NCBI RefSeq assembly: GCF_009914755.1
Contig: NC_060944.1
Strand: one strand, 5' to 3'
Source of the DNA: the human T2T-CHM13v2.0 reference genome, Homo sapiens
DNA length: 64,000 bases
Notes under the pieces: generated by a model
Seen by the model: the letters and a program-made list of their open reading frames with translations, nothing else
Told to the model about the DNA's origin: nothing
Databases searched by the model: none
Translations under genes and position numbers: made by a program
In this document: one piece after another, positions 15,301-30,235 of the stretch
How positions within the stretch are numbered: the first letter of the stretch is position 1
Layout of the letters: each line of letters starts with the position of its first letter

Positions 15301-17356
15301 TATGTCCTGAAGAGGATCAGGGACATGGGGTAGTAAGTGGGGTAGTAAGTAACCATTGAGAAGGAAATATAAGATTAAACGTCACTGTTGACTATCCATT
15401 TGAGGTTTATAATCTTGAATTTAAACTAAAGCCAGACAGTTCCATTTTGTGATTTTCACCACCAAGTTTGGTGATAAAGTATGCATAAAATAGACTTCGT
15501 TTTTTGGCCAAGAAAACACTAAATGAGACATGGAAGTTGCGAACCACCTGTGAGGGAGTGATTGCAATATTGGGCTGCTTTGGAAATAAGCTAGATAAGG
15601 ATGGAAGTAAAAGGAGGAGGGAACTGGTGCGTAGTGAGAGATTGGCAGGGATAATCAAAAGGGATATTTGACTTTGCAAAGAAGTCAAATATAGGAGGGG
15701 AGAACTGTAGAGCTAGGGGCTAGAAGGACCAGATGGAATTCCAAGAGTGAGATATTAGGAATTGAAATGTCCAGGTGGTAATGGCAAGCTCTAGGGGTAC
15801 TCAGGGGGGAAGGAAGAAAAGAATTTTGTATTTAAGGAGGCCAAGGAAGTGAAAGTTCACTCTCAAAATAAGTTGGAAACCCATTCTTATTTATTATTTG
15901 TATTTCATGAATCATCTCAAATCCTTACTTGGAATTAGGTGATAGGGTGCACATAAGAATGATAGTGGCTGATTCTTTGTGGATCTACTCTGTAAACACC
16001 ATTTTACGATGTACTTTTGTACACTGTGTACCAAAATTCTTCATTGCCGTCAGGATATTCATTGGGATATATTTGGAAATGGGCTAATTCTTATGTCTTG
16101 ATTAGTTGATAATTCTCATTTTTTTAGTCAGTAACAACATAAGACCCGCCATGGCCTTTTGGGTAATAGCTAATGCTTTTCAGGTGGCACGGAAGACCCT
16201 TGCAATGAAACAACTCTTCTATACATGTCCCATCACACCCCCTGTCATTCTCTTGAAGTGCTCTAGCCACACAAACAAATTTCTAATGTGAGGTCAATAG
16301 CTGCTCACTCTGCCTGGCATGAAGATTCATCTAAAGTATCAACTTCTGGGTTAAGCCTTTTCTAAAAGGTTGAACTGTCCAAAAATGCCATTTTGAAGGG
16401 TCAAAAAATGTCATATACTGGCACTTTCATATTGTTAATAATTTGCTACCACTATTACAAGTCTGAACCATGCATTGTTGGTAGAGCTATTACTTGCTGA
16501 ATTGGAATTCTGTGTTATGTGCTTTATGTTCACCATCTCATTTAATTCCAGCAATAAACCCAAAAGGTAGGTGGAACTACTTCCACTTGTTAGACAAGGA
16601 TTCTGAAATTTAGAAAGGGTCTTTCTGGGAGAGAGTACATAACAAATGGTGGAACTGGGTTTTAACTCCTAAAGCAAAAATTATACCATGCCCTTTCCTT
16701 TGGTCTTATTCATGGCAATGACAGCAGTACAGAGCACACGCCTGATACAGAGTTGGAATACATAAATACATACAGTAATACTTCATCTGCCAGAAAACTA
16801 CCCAAATTGAAGGCTGCTTTGTTCAGGGACCCCTAGGACTACTTTATGATGGCCTAGTATCTTGGCATTGGATTTACCTTGATAAATGTTGTTGTTCCCC
16901 TGTAATTTAGAAAGATAAATTTTAACAGGTGAAACTAAGAGTCTGAACGGCCCTTAAAACCTTAATCCTGTAATTACTATTTATTTGTTTTAAGGCACTG
17001 CCTTGATCCATGTTTGCCAGACAGGTTCCTAATTGCTGGCATTGAAATGATCTAGGAAGCCAGTTTCTTCAGCTCATGAAAAGAACATGTAGATTTGTTG
17101 AAGTGTGAATGCTAAGTATTGGTGTAATGCAGTCAGAGGGCACAGGACATCTATGTTCATTTCCCAAATGCCCTTTTTCTTTCATTCACATGGATTTTTC
17201 CTCTCATTCCTAAGCACAGTGGTGCTCTAATAAGACAAGAAGTCAGTTGGCAAGTGTAACACAGATGCTCTGATGCCTTGAATTTGGCTAATATTGCTTC
17301 TTCATTCAAACGTCATTCTGTAGCTTTCCCTGAGTTTCTGGTGTCAAAATTCAAAG

Positions 17357-17535
17357 CAATGGTTGTCAAACTTTCGTGTGTGTTCGAATCTTCTAGAGGG
17401 CTTGTTGGAACACAGATTGCTGGGTCACATCCCCCCAGACTCTGACTCAGTCCATCTGGACTGGGGCCTCATATTCTGCAATTCAGTAAAGCTCCCAGCT
17501 GATGTTGATGCTGCTGGTCTAGTGACTACACTTTA
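17357..17535. mobile_element. MER5A/B
   Basis: cacagattgctggg...ctcccagctgatgttgatgctgctggtc...ctacacttt. Confidence 0.75.
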
Positions 17536-18026
17536 GCTCTAGGGGCTGTTCAAGATGCGCTTTACAGGACACCAAATGAGGTTAGATAAAAAAGCAAAAA
17601 TCTCAGCAAATATCTGAATGCTAGATTTTACAGACAAAAAAAAAAAAGAAAAAAAACACAAAACAAAAACCAGTGACTTAAAAAATAATGTATCTCCTGA
17701 TTTTTGACATCAGTGGGCTAGAACTTGGGAATCCTTCTTCCAAGATATTAAGGAAACTTTCTTCTCTATGACTTTCATGCTTTCAGTCAGTATGCTTTGT
17801 TCTTAAACCTATCCTAGAGCAAGATGTTTTATTAAATTGATCAGTTTTACAATACAAAATTGAAAGCAAAGAGTTTTCAAAATGAAAACATTCCATAATA
17901 CAATAAGAATTGTGGATATTACATACAAAAGAGTGATTTCTAATTTGTTTAGAAGCTCAGCAATATTTTCATTTTTATTAGATTCAAAATGGTGTGAGTC
18001 ATGAAGATCAACACATTTCTTTTTGA

Positions 18027-18182
<156 letters not shown>

Positions 18183-18911
18183 TGAGTGCTGTTGATGAAC
18201 CCTACCCTTATTCATTCATTCAAGATTTTTAAAAATGTGCCTACATGTGCCAGGCATTGAAGTATACAGTGATGATTAAGGACATTATCCTCATAGATTC
18301 CAGTCTAGGAGCAATGTCAGGCATTAAAAAATAAGTTACAAGTCATTGAATGTTGTGAAAGAGAACACTGGATTGTCAAAGAGCTTAATTTAATCTTGGG
18401 AGTTAGAAAGAAATCTGCCAGAAGAAGAGATGCTCAAGCTGAAATCTAAAAGGTACATTAAAAGTGTGTTCATCTCATTATACCCTGGGACTTAATTCGA
18501 TGTATGGTACAGTGTCCACATTTAATGAACAATTGAGCTGAATTTAAGAAAAGAATTAAAGTTATATAAAAATTAGCATTTTTCTCACATTTCATGTACA
18601 CACATGTATTTAATGATTATTAACAATGTTTTATATATAAAAGTAACAGATTTTAGAAACATTTTTATATTCAGCATTGCACATATATATGTCTATATGT
18701 ATGTATATATATATATGTGAAATGGAATACTTGGGGTCTTGATTATTTCTGATTATTTACAATAATTATTGTTACATGGTTTTAATTCCCTCTTCAAGCT
18801 GACTGTAATCAGCACTGCCTTCATCATCAGAAATTTTTGCCAAGCAGTTTGCCTGTATCATAGGTATGGCATAATTTAAGCTCATTGCTGTGTTGTATTC
18901 TCTCTCTTCAG

Positions 18912-18971
18912 GAAGGACAGGTGCTAGAATGCTCCCTCATCAACAGTATTCGGTCGGGAGCCATACCAAAG
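18912..18971 (+). CDS. PLCB4: PLCB4 coding exon (60 nt, phase 0-0): [20 protein letters not shown]
   Basis: ctcttcag|GAAGGA...CCAAAG|gtacct; continues the frame of the previous exon. Confidence 0.97.
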
Positions 18972-19306
18972 GTACCTGTGATTGGTATTTGCTTTTCTAA
19001 ACACGGATTTACTTATATTGGAAATGGCCATGGCTTCTAGAGATAAAAAACTCACTCTTTGTATCCAGGCTACTTAAAACATTTGATCTCAGTTTTGAGA
19101 ATAGCATGTGGTTGCTGGTTGTGGTAATGTCACATTTATTCACATGAAACCTCTGTGACTCTCCTCTGGTGAGAGAGAGGCTTTGTGGACAAGCAGACCC
19201 TAATAAAAGGCTCTTCTATCCAATTGCCATATTCCAGGTCCTCCAATAACTACAATCAAAACTCTAAACAAAGACCCTCATATCTAGTTTCTAAATCAAA
19301 AATTTA

Positions 19307-19597
19307 GGCCAGACACAGTGGCTCACACCTCCCAGCACTGTGGGAGGCAGAGGGAGGCAGATCCCTTGAGCCCAGGAGTTTGAGACCAGCCTGGGCAACA
19401 TAGTGCAACCCTGTCTCTACAAAAATTACAAAAATTAGGGTGTGTTAGCATGTGCCTGTAGTCTCAACTACTCAGGAGGCTGCGGTGGGAGGATCCATTG
19501 AGCCTGGGAGGCAGATGTTGCAGTGAGCTGAGAATGCACCACTGTTCACCAGCCTGGGTGACAGAGCAGAGACTCTGTACCTCCCCCAACCAAAAAA
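19307..19597 (+). mobile_element. AluJ
   Basis: cttgagcccaggagtttgagaccagcctgggcaacatag. Confidence 0.9.
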
Positions 19598-19623
19598 TTT
19601 GTAATACCTTTCTTATCAGTTGA

Positions 19624-19998
<375 letters not shown>

Positions 19999-20174
19999 TA
20001 ATTTTATGCGTGCTATATTTTTATATACTTAAATTGTATGGTAATTTAAAAGTTAGCATTGCTTTGCTGACATGTTTCTGTAGAAAATCAGCAATTAAAA
20101 TACCCTTTTAGCATGTCACTCCTGTGGGCCAACAACCCAAATACCTACTACGATATGTTGTAGGGATACTAGTC

Positions 20175-20660
20175 CAGCACTTCTCCAACTTGAGTGTATA
20201 CCAGAATCCCCTGAGCTCTTGTTAAAATGCAGATTCTGATTCAATAGGTCTGAGGTGGGGACAAGATTCTCCTTTTCTAACAAGCTCCCAGGTGGCATGG
20301 ATACTACTCATCTGACAACTACAGTTTGAGTGACAAAGGTCTAGATCAGTACCACCCAGTAGAAATGCAATGTGAGCCACATATATAATTTAAATTGTTC
20401 TTGTAGCTGGGTTTTAAAAGTAAAAAGATACAGGTAAAATTAATTTTAATAAAATATTTTATTTAACCCAGTAGACCTAAAATATTGTCATTTTAATAGG
20501 AGATCAATATAAAATTTATTAGTGACATATTTTACATTCTTTTGCTCATACTAAGTCTTAGAAATCTGATGTGTATTTTCAAATCAGACTAACCACATTT
20601 TAGGTGTTCAGTAGCTGCATATGGCTAATGGCCACCATACTGGGTGGGCAGTACGGGTCT
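20175..20660. mobile_element. MER5A followed by MER33
   Basis: gttaaaatgcagattctgattca... then agaaatgcaatgtgagccacatatataatttaaatt...aattaattttaataa. Confidence 0.7.
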
Positions 20661-21199
20661 GGATGGTTAAGAAATCCAAACCCCCCCTCCCAATAAGTTA
20701 TTAAAATATTGGGTTAAGATCAGTCTTTTAATACCATATCCAGCATACCATTGCCCTGGCAAGTGAGTCTCAAAGAGACTTCTCGAAGAAGTAGAAAGCC
20801 TCGTAAATATTTTGTCTGCTAATCATGTGTTTACAGGGTGATTTTACCTCTGTACAGAGCTCCCATTATCTTTCTGTAATGTGTGTGAAAAGGACTAAGC
20901 CTTCACTTTCCATGGCAGAAACATGGGTTTGGGGGAATGGGGAGGCATTTTGTCTTCTCATTAACCCTATAATTGGAAACTCAGTGTAGGTTGAATGAGA
21001 GAGGGTTCCAACAAGTGGAAACTCAGTGTAGGTTGAATTTCTAATATCATTAGAAATATTGAATTTTAGAGCTAACAGGAAATGTACAGGGAAGATCATT
21101 TGAGGACACTGAGATTACAAAACTTAACCATGAATCCAGGATAACTTATGGCAGAATTGAGTTCTGTTGACCCCTAAACCATCCAAGCTCCATTACCCT

Positions 21200-21360
21200 C
21201 ACTCACAAAGTATGGTCCTCATTCCAGAAGTACAGACCCCTCCTGGGAGCTTGTTACACATTTGAGTCTCAGGCCCACCCAGATGTTCTGATCCTGAATC
21301 TTCATTTTTGACAAGATGCTCCAGGTGACTCGGATGTGTGGTGAAGTTTGAGAACTCCTG
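21200..21360. mobile_element. MER5A
   Basis: caaagtatggtcc...cctgggagcttgtta...tctcaggccc...aagtttgagaac. Confidence 0.7.
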
Positions 21361-21559
21361 TTTTGTAGCTCTGGAGGCAGAAGTGGATGCTCGATGTCAC
21401 ATAAGAGTGTTTGGTTCTGTCCTTATTGTGGTGGTTTTATGCTATCGTTCAGGTCACCTCACTTTGGGAGAACAGATTTTGCAGTGCCTTCAAGTTCTTT
21501 TATTACTCTTCTGAGATCAACTCCTTCTCTAATTACCAATTCATATTACAAGAAACAGG

Positions 21560-21980
21560 ATGATGCAGTATGAGCTCAAGTATTGGGGCTTTGGGGCCAC
21601 ATTGCCTGGGTTCAAATCCTTGCTCGTCCCCTTCCCAGCTATGTGAAGCAGATATACGCTGGACCTCTCTGTGCCTCATTTTCTTCATCTGTAAAATGGG
21701 AACAGTACTAGAATATCTGCTCTTAGGATGATTGTGAGGCTTACATGAGTTATGACGTGGGAAGCACTTTGTGTACTGCCTTTCTTATTGAAAGCCCTTA
21801 ATATGTGTTAGCTATTAGGATGACAGAGGCCAAGAATTTTAGAGTTCGAAATGGACCTTAGGAAGGGCTTCTCACCTCATTTTTCAGATGAGAAAAATGA
21901 AGCTAGAGAGGTAAAGGAACTCTGAGACCACACAGCAAGCTGGGCCAGAGTCCAACCTAAAACCAGGTCTTCTCATGCCC
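21560..21980. mobile_element. Two MIR elements in opposite orientation
   Basis: gcctgggttcaaatcc...ctcattttcttcatctgtaaaatggg; cctcatttttcagatgagaaaaatgaagctagagagg. Confidence 0.75.
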
Positions 21981-22153
21981 TATATGCTGCACCCACTTTG
22001 CTCTGTGCCCTGAGCAAATACAGTCCTGGGGAGATGGCTCAAATCAGTAAATCCCATAATGTTTTTGCTTTCCATAATTTGGTTGCTGTTAGTCTTGGCC
22101 CATTCTAAGAACCACGTTCTGAAACATACCCTTGAGTAGATTATGGATGTGTA

Positions 22154-22637
22154 CTGTTGGCCCTTGAACAATGTGGGGGTTAGAGCTACCATACCCCTGT
22201 GCAGTCGAAAATCCATGTATAACTTTTGACTCCCCCAAAACTTAATAGCCTACTGTTAACTGAAAGACTTATGATAATATTAACAGTCAATTCACATACT
22301 TTTTGTATGGTATATGTATTACCTATTGTATTCTTACAATAAAGTAAGCTAGAGAAAAAGCAAATGTTAATAAGAAAATCATAAGGAAGAAAAAATATAT
22401 TATTCATGAATTGAAAGTGGATCATCATAAAAGTCTTTATCCTCATCATCCTCACGTTGAGTAAGCAGAGGAGGAAGAAGAGGAAGAGGTTGGTCTTGGT
22501 GTCTCAGGGGTGGCAGAGGTGGAGGAGGTGGAAGTGGAGTCAGGAGAGGCAGGCACATTGGTGTAACTTTTACTGAAAAAAAATCCATGTATAAGTGGGC
22601 CCACATAGTTCAAACCCATGTTGTTCCATGACCAGTG
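22154..22637. mobile_element. Tigger2a-like TcMar-Tigger element
   Basis: TIR ctgttggcccttgaacaa ... ttgttccatgaccagtg; preceded by TA; internal ataacttttgactcccccaaaact. Confidence 0.85.
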
Positions 22638-24559
22638 ATATATGTTTGAGGGTTGGGGGTGGGGGGATGTATACTTCAAGGGAAGATTTGAAGGTTTTCT
22701 CCTAGTATTATTGCCATTGAAATTTAAGAGCAGCTAGCCAGTTAAGAACTAAAAAATAATTCTGTATTGGATTTTTTATTCAAACTCAATACTATTTGAG
22801 CCTGCTCTTACTGAAGAAACTAAGTGTTTCAGCTTCTGGGAACTATTACATCGAATTTCATTAATAGCATAATATATAAATAAATATAAATCTCATTGTC
22901 CAAACTGGACAGTGCATTGTCCTTTCGGTTGATTGACACTGGAGAAAATATTGAGTACATTTTTCCACCAAATATACCTGCATGTGGATACTCTTGCCCC
23001 CTTCCTTATCTCAAAACTTAAAATAACCATATTTACCACCTTCAGCATTGACAACATTTTCTCCATCACCACCGTTTTATTTCTATTCCTCTATATGTGT
23101 TTCTATTCCTAATAGAACACACAAGCCATCAAAGTGAAAGTCTTTATATGAAATACACATAGATATAATTACCTCAGTTCGAAATGATGGCAGGATACAT
23201 AAATCAAATTGGGCCAATGAGAAATGTAGAGATTTCCCAGGGTACATGAAATAGTGTTTGTGACTCACTGAGTGGTTCTACTCAAACGTGAGTATAGCCT
23301 AGGAGCCTAGAATCAGGGGGCCATGAAATATACTAACAGCCCTCTTACTTAGCCCATGCAATGAGAAGGTGCATTTTTGGTCAGTTTATCACAAAAGTCA
23401 ATTCGAGCAAGTAATCATTTTTTAAAATTAATTCATATATACCTTAAACACTGTAACTTAAGGCATATAAATGTTGTTCTATTGTTGACTAATCTTTTAA
23501 TGTTAGGGACAAGCCTTTTCATTAATTGTGGATCTGTTGCGTGGCTTTTATGTTTTGGGGTTTTTTTTTTTTTTCCCCCTGTACTTTACTCTGAATGCCT
23601 CAGATAGCCAGTTTGGTTTCTTTAAGGTGGATCTGAGACTAAGGACACTCATTGGGCAGAGTGCAATGGAATGCAAAATCCTACAGTTCTGTGACTTTTT
23701 TCCCTAATCTTTTAGTTATCTTGTCTACATGGAATTTGAGAAAAATATTTTTGGCAACTTGCCTTTAAAGAAATCTTCCCAAAATATTCAGCTAGAGAAA
23801 CAACAATGCCCTTTCTTTCCACAAGATCGTGTCATTGGTTTACGCAATTTTTATGACAACTGACAATAAATAGGTTTGAAAACAAAAGTAACCCATGGTA
23901 GACATGTAAGGTGAGAGTAAAAGAGTACAAAATATTGGAAAGTGGCTTGCTGGCTGGGAGAGTCCAGCACTCCCTGGGCAATCTGTGTATTTTGTTTGTC
24001 TTATAAACACCTGATGAGTCTTGGTCTGACAAGTGAAATGTAAGTTAAGTGAGTTTCTAGTACAGAACTTGCTTATGAGTATCCTATGAGATTCATGAGT
24101 CTTTTTTTTTTTAATTCCTAGGCTCTTATTACACTTAAGATCTGACCATTTGGAATAATTCACTTAACCCAACATTTAATCTAGGCAAAAGGGTAAACTT
24201 TGAACTTAGTGTCTTTTATACCAAGGACCATGTTCCATGTGGAGGAAGCTTTCCTGACTTTCAGCAAGCCATTTTCCCTTCTGTATTCTTCTACTTCTCA
24301 AAGAGGGTCTCTGATAGTTTTTTTTTCATATTCAAGTGGGTGCTTTAAGAGTCAATAAAATATTATCTGAAACCTGAGTTTCTCAGGGTTGAATTTTAAA
24401 TAAATACAAAATACTTTCCAGTGCATATGACTCTGAAAATATGATTGTGCTTTTTTCAGTAAAAGATAACAGCATTGTTAAGAGACACCTTGGTAGCTCA
24501 CCTTGTCTTTTCTTCAGCTTCTCTCTCTGCTTTGAGAGTAAATACGTTTGTGTTGCCAC

Positions 24560-25450
24560 TCTTACCTATTTAGGAGATTTGTGCTCAGTTCTATATACCT
24601 TTCTCCTCTACCGGTAAGTCCCAAATCAAAGCTTTCAACTCTTCTCACCTGCTTCTCCCACAGTCATTTTCATCTCAACAAATGTGCTCTCAGTTGCAGA
24701 GACCATTCTCAGTTGCAGAGACCATGAACACCTTCCTCTTGTGTCCTATGTTAGTCTGTTCACAAATACTGTTTGCTCTACCCTCAGCAGGTATCCAGAA
24801 TCCAGCTGCTCCTCACCAACGTCATCACGACACAGTGGCCCAGGCCAATGGTCCAGGCCAATATCATTTCTTCCCTATTGTGCCCCAAGAGGTATCTAAC
24901 TGGTCTCTTTTCCTTAGCCTTGCCCATTTTGGTCTAGTCTAAAAACAGCAGCTGGAGGGATGTTTTTAAAATGTAATTCAGATCACATCACTCCACTGCT
25001 CAGAACCCTCCAAGGCCCTGCTAGATATCATCCCCACCTCCCTTCCCCTTTCTACCTTAATCTCTCTCTTTCCTCCTACGCATTTTCTTCCAGCCTCTGG
25101 GACTTGGCATTTGCTGTTCCTTCTGTCTGTATCGTGCTCTTTCCCAGTTACACACAGAGCTTTCTCCCCCACAGCCCTCACGTGTCTGCTGGAAAATTGT
25201 CTTAGCAGGAGCTCCCCATTTCACCAGCCTTCGGCACTTCCTCACTCCTTTTCCTGCTCTGTGTTTCTTCTTAGCACGACTTACTTACCATAATATCCAT
25301 TTATTCATTTATTTTCTTCCTCTGTCTGCAGGACGGCACTGTTCTGTTCACTGCTGTATCTGCAACATCTAGAACTGTCAGTGCCCGACACTTAGTGAGT
25401 GCTCAATAAAAACCTATTCTATTGAGGTATTTATGTTGACTAAATGAATT
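24560..25450 (+). mobile_element. L2 3' region
   Basis: cagatcacatcactccactgctcagaaccctcca...gttcactgctgtatc...gtgctcaataaa. Confidence 0.75.
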
Positions 25451-25913
25451 CCAACCCAAGTGATAAAGGTGTATAAACCTTAATGTTGTGCAACTCAAGT
25501 TTGTACAGTTCAGTTGTTAGAACAGACAGGAAGATGATCCTTTGACAACAAGACTGAGAAAATGTGATTCAATGATAGTCTAAAGGAAAGACAGAACTCT
25601 GGGATCCCGTGTGTTATTTTTAGAGCCACATTTCAGGATGTAATAGCGCTGCTGCTAAGAATCCATGACGAGACTGGAGGTTTTGACCCTGGTGTCCTGG
25701 CCTCTTTCCAGTTTGGATCATTATGTCCTGCTTACCTAAATCCTTCCTGTCGTTACAGTTAGAGAATTTAGCTTTCATTTCCTCTCCTAAACAACTGCCT
25801 GTTAAAAAGAATTACTAACAAATTGCTGTCATATTTACCCCAAACCTAGTACACCTTTCGCTAATAGGCGAGTCTTATACATCATAAAGCTTAAAACAGT
25901 TAAGAATAAATGC

Positions 25914-26103
<190 letters not shown>

Positions 26104-27071
26104 TAAATACAGCCAAATGAAGGTATTTTCCCATTTTTTTCTAAACTGAAATAAAGCTCTTTTTTTTTTCCTGGAATCATTCTCATCTTTTTGCTCACTG
26201 TTTTACAAGGCACTATAGAAATAATTGAATATGAGCATTCTAATAAGTTAATTTCATTAGAAAAGCAACTTTAGTTCCTCTCATGTTTTCTTTTGTTTTT
26301 TCCTCGCTCAGAATACAACTAGCTTGGAAGGATTTTGGTGTCTAGCAAAGTTGAAGGCAGTTCAGATGTCTTTCATTAATAAGTTACAGCTGGCACTGCA
26401 CAGCAAACTGAAATCACAGTCACTAGACGTAAGATGGAAATGCAGGCCTCATTCAACATCTCCATAAATAAATCTGTTATTCTATACCAAGTTGAATTTT
26501 CCTTTGATTACAAAAAATAAGCTGTTATTATGACGTTCAAAATGCAAATATTGGGATTGAGTTTAGACCAGACTGCTCATTATACTTTATGCAGGTTTGT
26601 AAATATTTGGCAAACTTCATAAATTATGCCTTGTAATCAAGTCATCAAATAAGCATGTAAATAACTACTATAGAAATTAAATTACAAAAATATTATGTAT
26701 TCTTTTGTGTACAAAAAGATAAAGTCAGGTTATTTGTTACCAGTAATAAAATATTATTTTAACAAATTGGGCTGAAAGTCAAAATTGCTTTGCTAAACTT
26801 GAATTGTGTTGAGTGAAAGACTTACTGCAATGGTTCCAGAAGAAGGAATTTATTCTTTGTTTCACTAAAAAAAAAATTGATTCTCTATTTAAATTGAGTC
26901 CTCCTGGCTTTGCTAACATCCTGCAAAGCCTCCAAGCCCTGCAACCAGTTCCTCTACTGATATTTAACCACAGCATTACCCCAAGGGATCAGAGGCTTCA
27001 GCCTCGTCTGGGGACTTCTTAGAAAGGCTATTGCATTTCTTAAAATTCAGTTTTAATTATACTGTATAGGC

Positions 27072-27208
27072 CAGTGGCTCTCAATACCTGAGAACTTATT
27101 AGAGATGCAGATTCCCAGGCCCTGCCCCACCCTACTGAATCAGAAAGCTAGGATTTCAGCGGCCTTCCAAGTGATTCTTATGCACACTCAAGTTAGAGAA
27201 TCACTGCT
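27072..27208. mobile_element. MER5A1-like
   Basis: cagtggctctcaa...agatgcagattcccaggccc...ctactgaatcagaa...agttagagaatcactg. Confidence 0.75.
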
Positions 27209-28598
27209 AAGCAGAAAAGCTCAATCACTAACATTTATATCCTGCTTTACTTGCAGAGGCCTTAAAGAACTTACATTAACTTAGTGGTCTGATGCCCAGG
27301 CTCAACTGAGCTGATGCCTGCTGAATACTAAAGCAGCTAAATTGTAAATCTGAACTGCCTATTGATCACCCAAACCCCAGTATACTAATTAATAAAAGCT
27401 TCTTCACCACATTGCTTCAACAGTTTTTGAGGCTCAAATGTGGGATGAGTGTGTAGGTCTCTGTGTTAATTTTTGTTTTGTTTTGGGTTTCTTTAACGTT
27501 TCCAAGACTGAAAGTTGACATTTTCTTGTTAATTGTTTTTCTTGAAGCTCTTCTGAGTTCATTGGAAACAAATCAATGAGGGGGGGCATTAAGCTGTCCG
27601 GAGTGCAGAGCTGTGAATCAGAACAAATAATTGAGTGCATATTCTTAAGTTTAAATGTCCCATCCCACCTAAGAGTTTTCTTTTTGCCAAATAAGGATAA
27701 TGGGTTTTATTGTTATTTCTATTGCTGGGTTGAGTTTACGGACCACCAGTCTCTGCCTTACATGGGCTGTGGTCATCAGAGAATCTGTGGAGCTGGTGAA
27801 ATCAGTCTCCTGGGGCCTCCCATGACCACCTTTTTCCTCTGTGGCTCCTTCTTCCTTGCCTGCCAGTTCTCATTTGCTCTTGCAAGACCATCTCTCCTAG
27901 CAGCTGCTACCTCAGTGTCTCATCCGTGATGGCGCTCTCTGAACTCTGAATTATTTATTTGTGCATCACCAAAAGTGATAGTTCCTTTAGACCAGATTTT
28001 GTGAACTCAGATGCCTGTGGGAGCCAGGGAAATGATGTGAATAGCTGAAAACATGTCAGGCAAAGACAAATACGGGAGGGTGTGGACTTTAGCAAGTTGG
28101 AGTGCACATACGCTGTTGAGGGGGGCACTTTCACTTATTTCCAGCTAGTTTTCCAACTACCAAAACATGGGCCTGAGGTTTCTAGATTGTTTTCATGTCC
28201 ATTTAATACTAACGTGGATTTTTTACATGAAATCTCTTGATATTAAAATGTTGGCAACTCATTTTTTAAACATTGTGCAAAATGACAAACATGTCTGTGG
28301 ATCATTTAGAACCATAGCTATAGACATCAGGCACCATGTAGCATTAACACACTTGCACTAAAGTGAATGCTAATATTGACTTATTGTGTTCACCTTATTG
28401 GCATTTTAAATGAAAGATACCTGTTTGTTCCTTTATTTCTTCATTCAGCTATTCATCCAGGAATATTTTTTTGATGAAACCTGAACTTGGACAAATCATT
28501 TCAATTATATTAATCTTTTTAATCCTCATTTGTTAAAGAAAGGAATTGCACCATGTGTCCTTTGAAGTCACTTTCTCTTATAAGACTTAAGGAAGGAC

Positions 28599-28903
<305 letters not shown>

Positions 28904-30029
28904 TTAAGGAAGCACTCTCTTTGCAAAATAAAGTGTACCAGGAGCCAAGGATGGTCCAGGTTAGTTGCTTTGACAGGACACTTGTGTACACATGGAAATC
29001 CCTAGATAAGCTTAACCTGGACTACATCATCATGACACCAGGAGTCAGCTACTAGGATAGGAGGCTTTGTGGTTGGAGAGGTGACAGAAGTCATTCTGGG
29101 TACTTCCTGTGGACATTAAAGGTTGAGAGATCCTGAGATAGAATGCAAGAAAATCAGTTGTTCTCGGCTTCAATCAGTTACACAAGAAGGAAAGATCTGA
29201 GAAACATTCAGTGTGGAATCCAGAGGTTTTGTTCCTGGGTAAAGTTAGAGAAGCTAAAATAGAGACCAGATTCTGATTCTGATTAACTGGGAGTACGATG
29301 ATACAGCTAATCAGAAATTGAGGGTCTGGTTACTTTGGATCAGGGAGAAAAAGGAACAATGAATTTGTTTAAATTTTTTTCTCTGAGGAACCTGTTAGTT
29401 GCATGACCTGCTATGGGTGATGCAATAGGACAGAGATCATATACTACTTAGGATCCTTAGGGGCTTGTCCATGGGGCGAGCTCTGTTCTGTCTCTGTGGC
29501 ACATCTCTAGGCCTCTGAAATCCTGAAAAGGTCTACGTTTGTTTGTTTGTTTGTTTGTTTTTGAAACTCCCTACTTTCATAAGGAATTAAGTGTGGATTT
29601 TTAGCTGGCATTTTTCTTAGTGCTGGACTTACTTAAAAGCTCCTGGTCAAAATGATTCTTCAGGAACATGCAGCTGAAGCTAGAGGATATTTGCTGTTGT
29701 TTTCGGGGAATTTTGTCACCTGTATCAGTGAAGTTATTTCTTTGGATGAGAGTATCAAAGATGAAAGAGGCCTCAAGCCTCCGCTTAGCTCCCAGGTTCT
29801 CTGCAGCTGCACTGACCATGTTGACAAGGTCATTTAAACATTTGCATGGACAGTGTGTTTTTATACTGTTGACTGGTATTTCCTGAATGCTAAAGGAATG
29901 TTGCTCATGATAGAGGATGTAGTTGCATGACATTCTATGCAGAAAGTACAGGATAGTAAAAAAAAAAAAAGAAAAGAAAAGAAAAAGAAACTAAAAATCC
30001 CCTAGAGTGTATTTCCCCTTCTGTGTCTT

Positions 30030-30235
30030 TTCTTAATTCAAGTGAAATTTATGTAACATAAAATTAACCATTTTAAAGTGAACAATTCAGTGCCATTTAG
30101 TACATTCACCATGTTGAGCAAGCACCACTTCTACCTACTTTCAAAACATTTTCATCACCCTCAAAGGAAACTGCATGCCCAATAAGCGGGTTCCTCCCCA
30201 TCCCCTCTCCCCACAGCGCTGATAACCACTCTAAT
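30030..30235 (-). mobile_element. L1MB 3' end fragment
   Basis: taacataaaattaaccattttaaagtgaacaattcagtg...ttttcatcaccc. Confidence 0.75.

Noticed and set aside
15327-15350. 12-bp tandem ggggtagtaagt x2 and simple repeats ((TA)n ~18.7 kb, (TTTG)n ~29.5 kb, (CA)n ~60.1 kb)
   Set aside because: Ordinary slippage products with no further structure.
20974-21038. Repeat-spacer-repeat resembling a CRISPR unit
   Set aside because: Only two repeats, primate intron, no cas genes; treated as a duplication scar.
22186-22679. Pro/Ser/acidic low-complexity ORFs
   Set aside because: Translation of the Tigger2a internal sequence.
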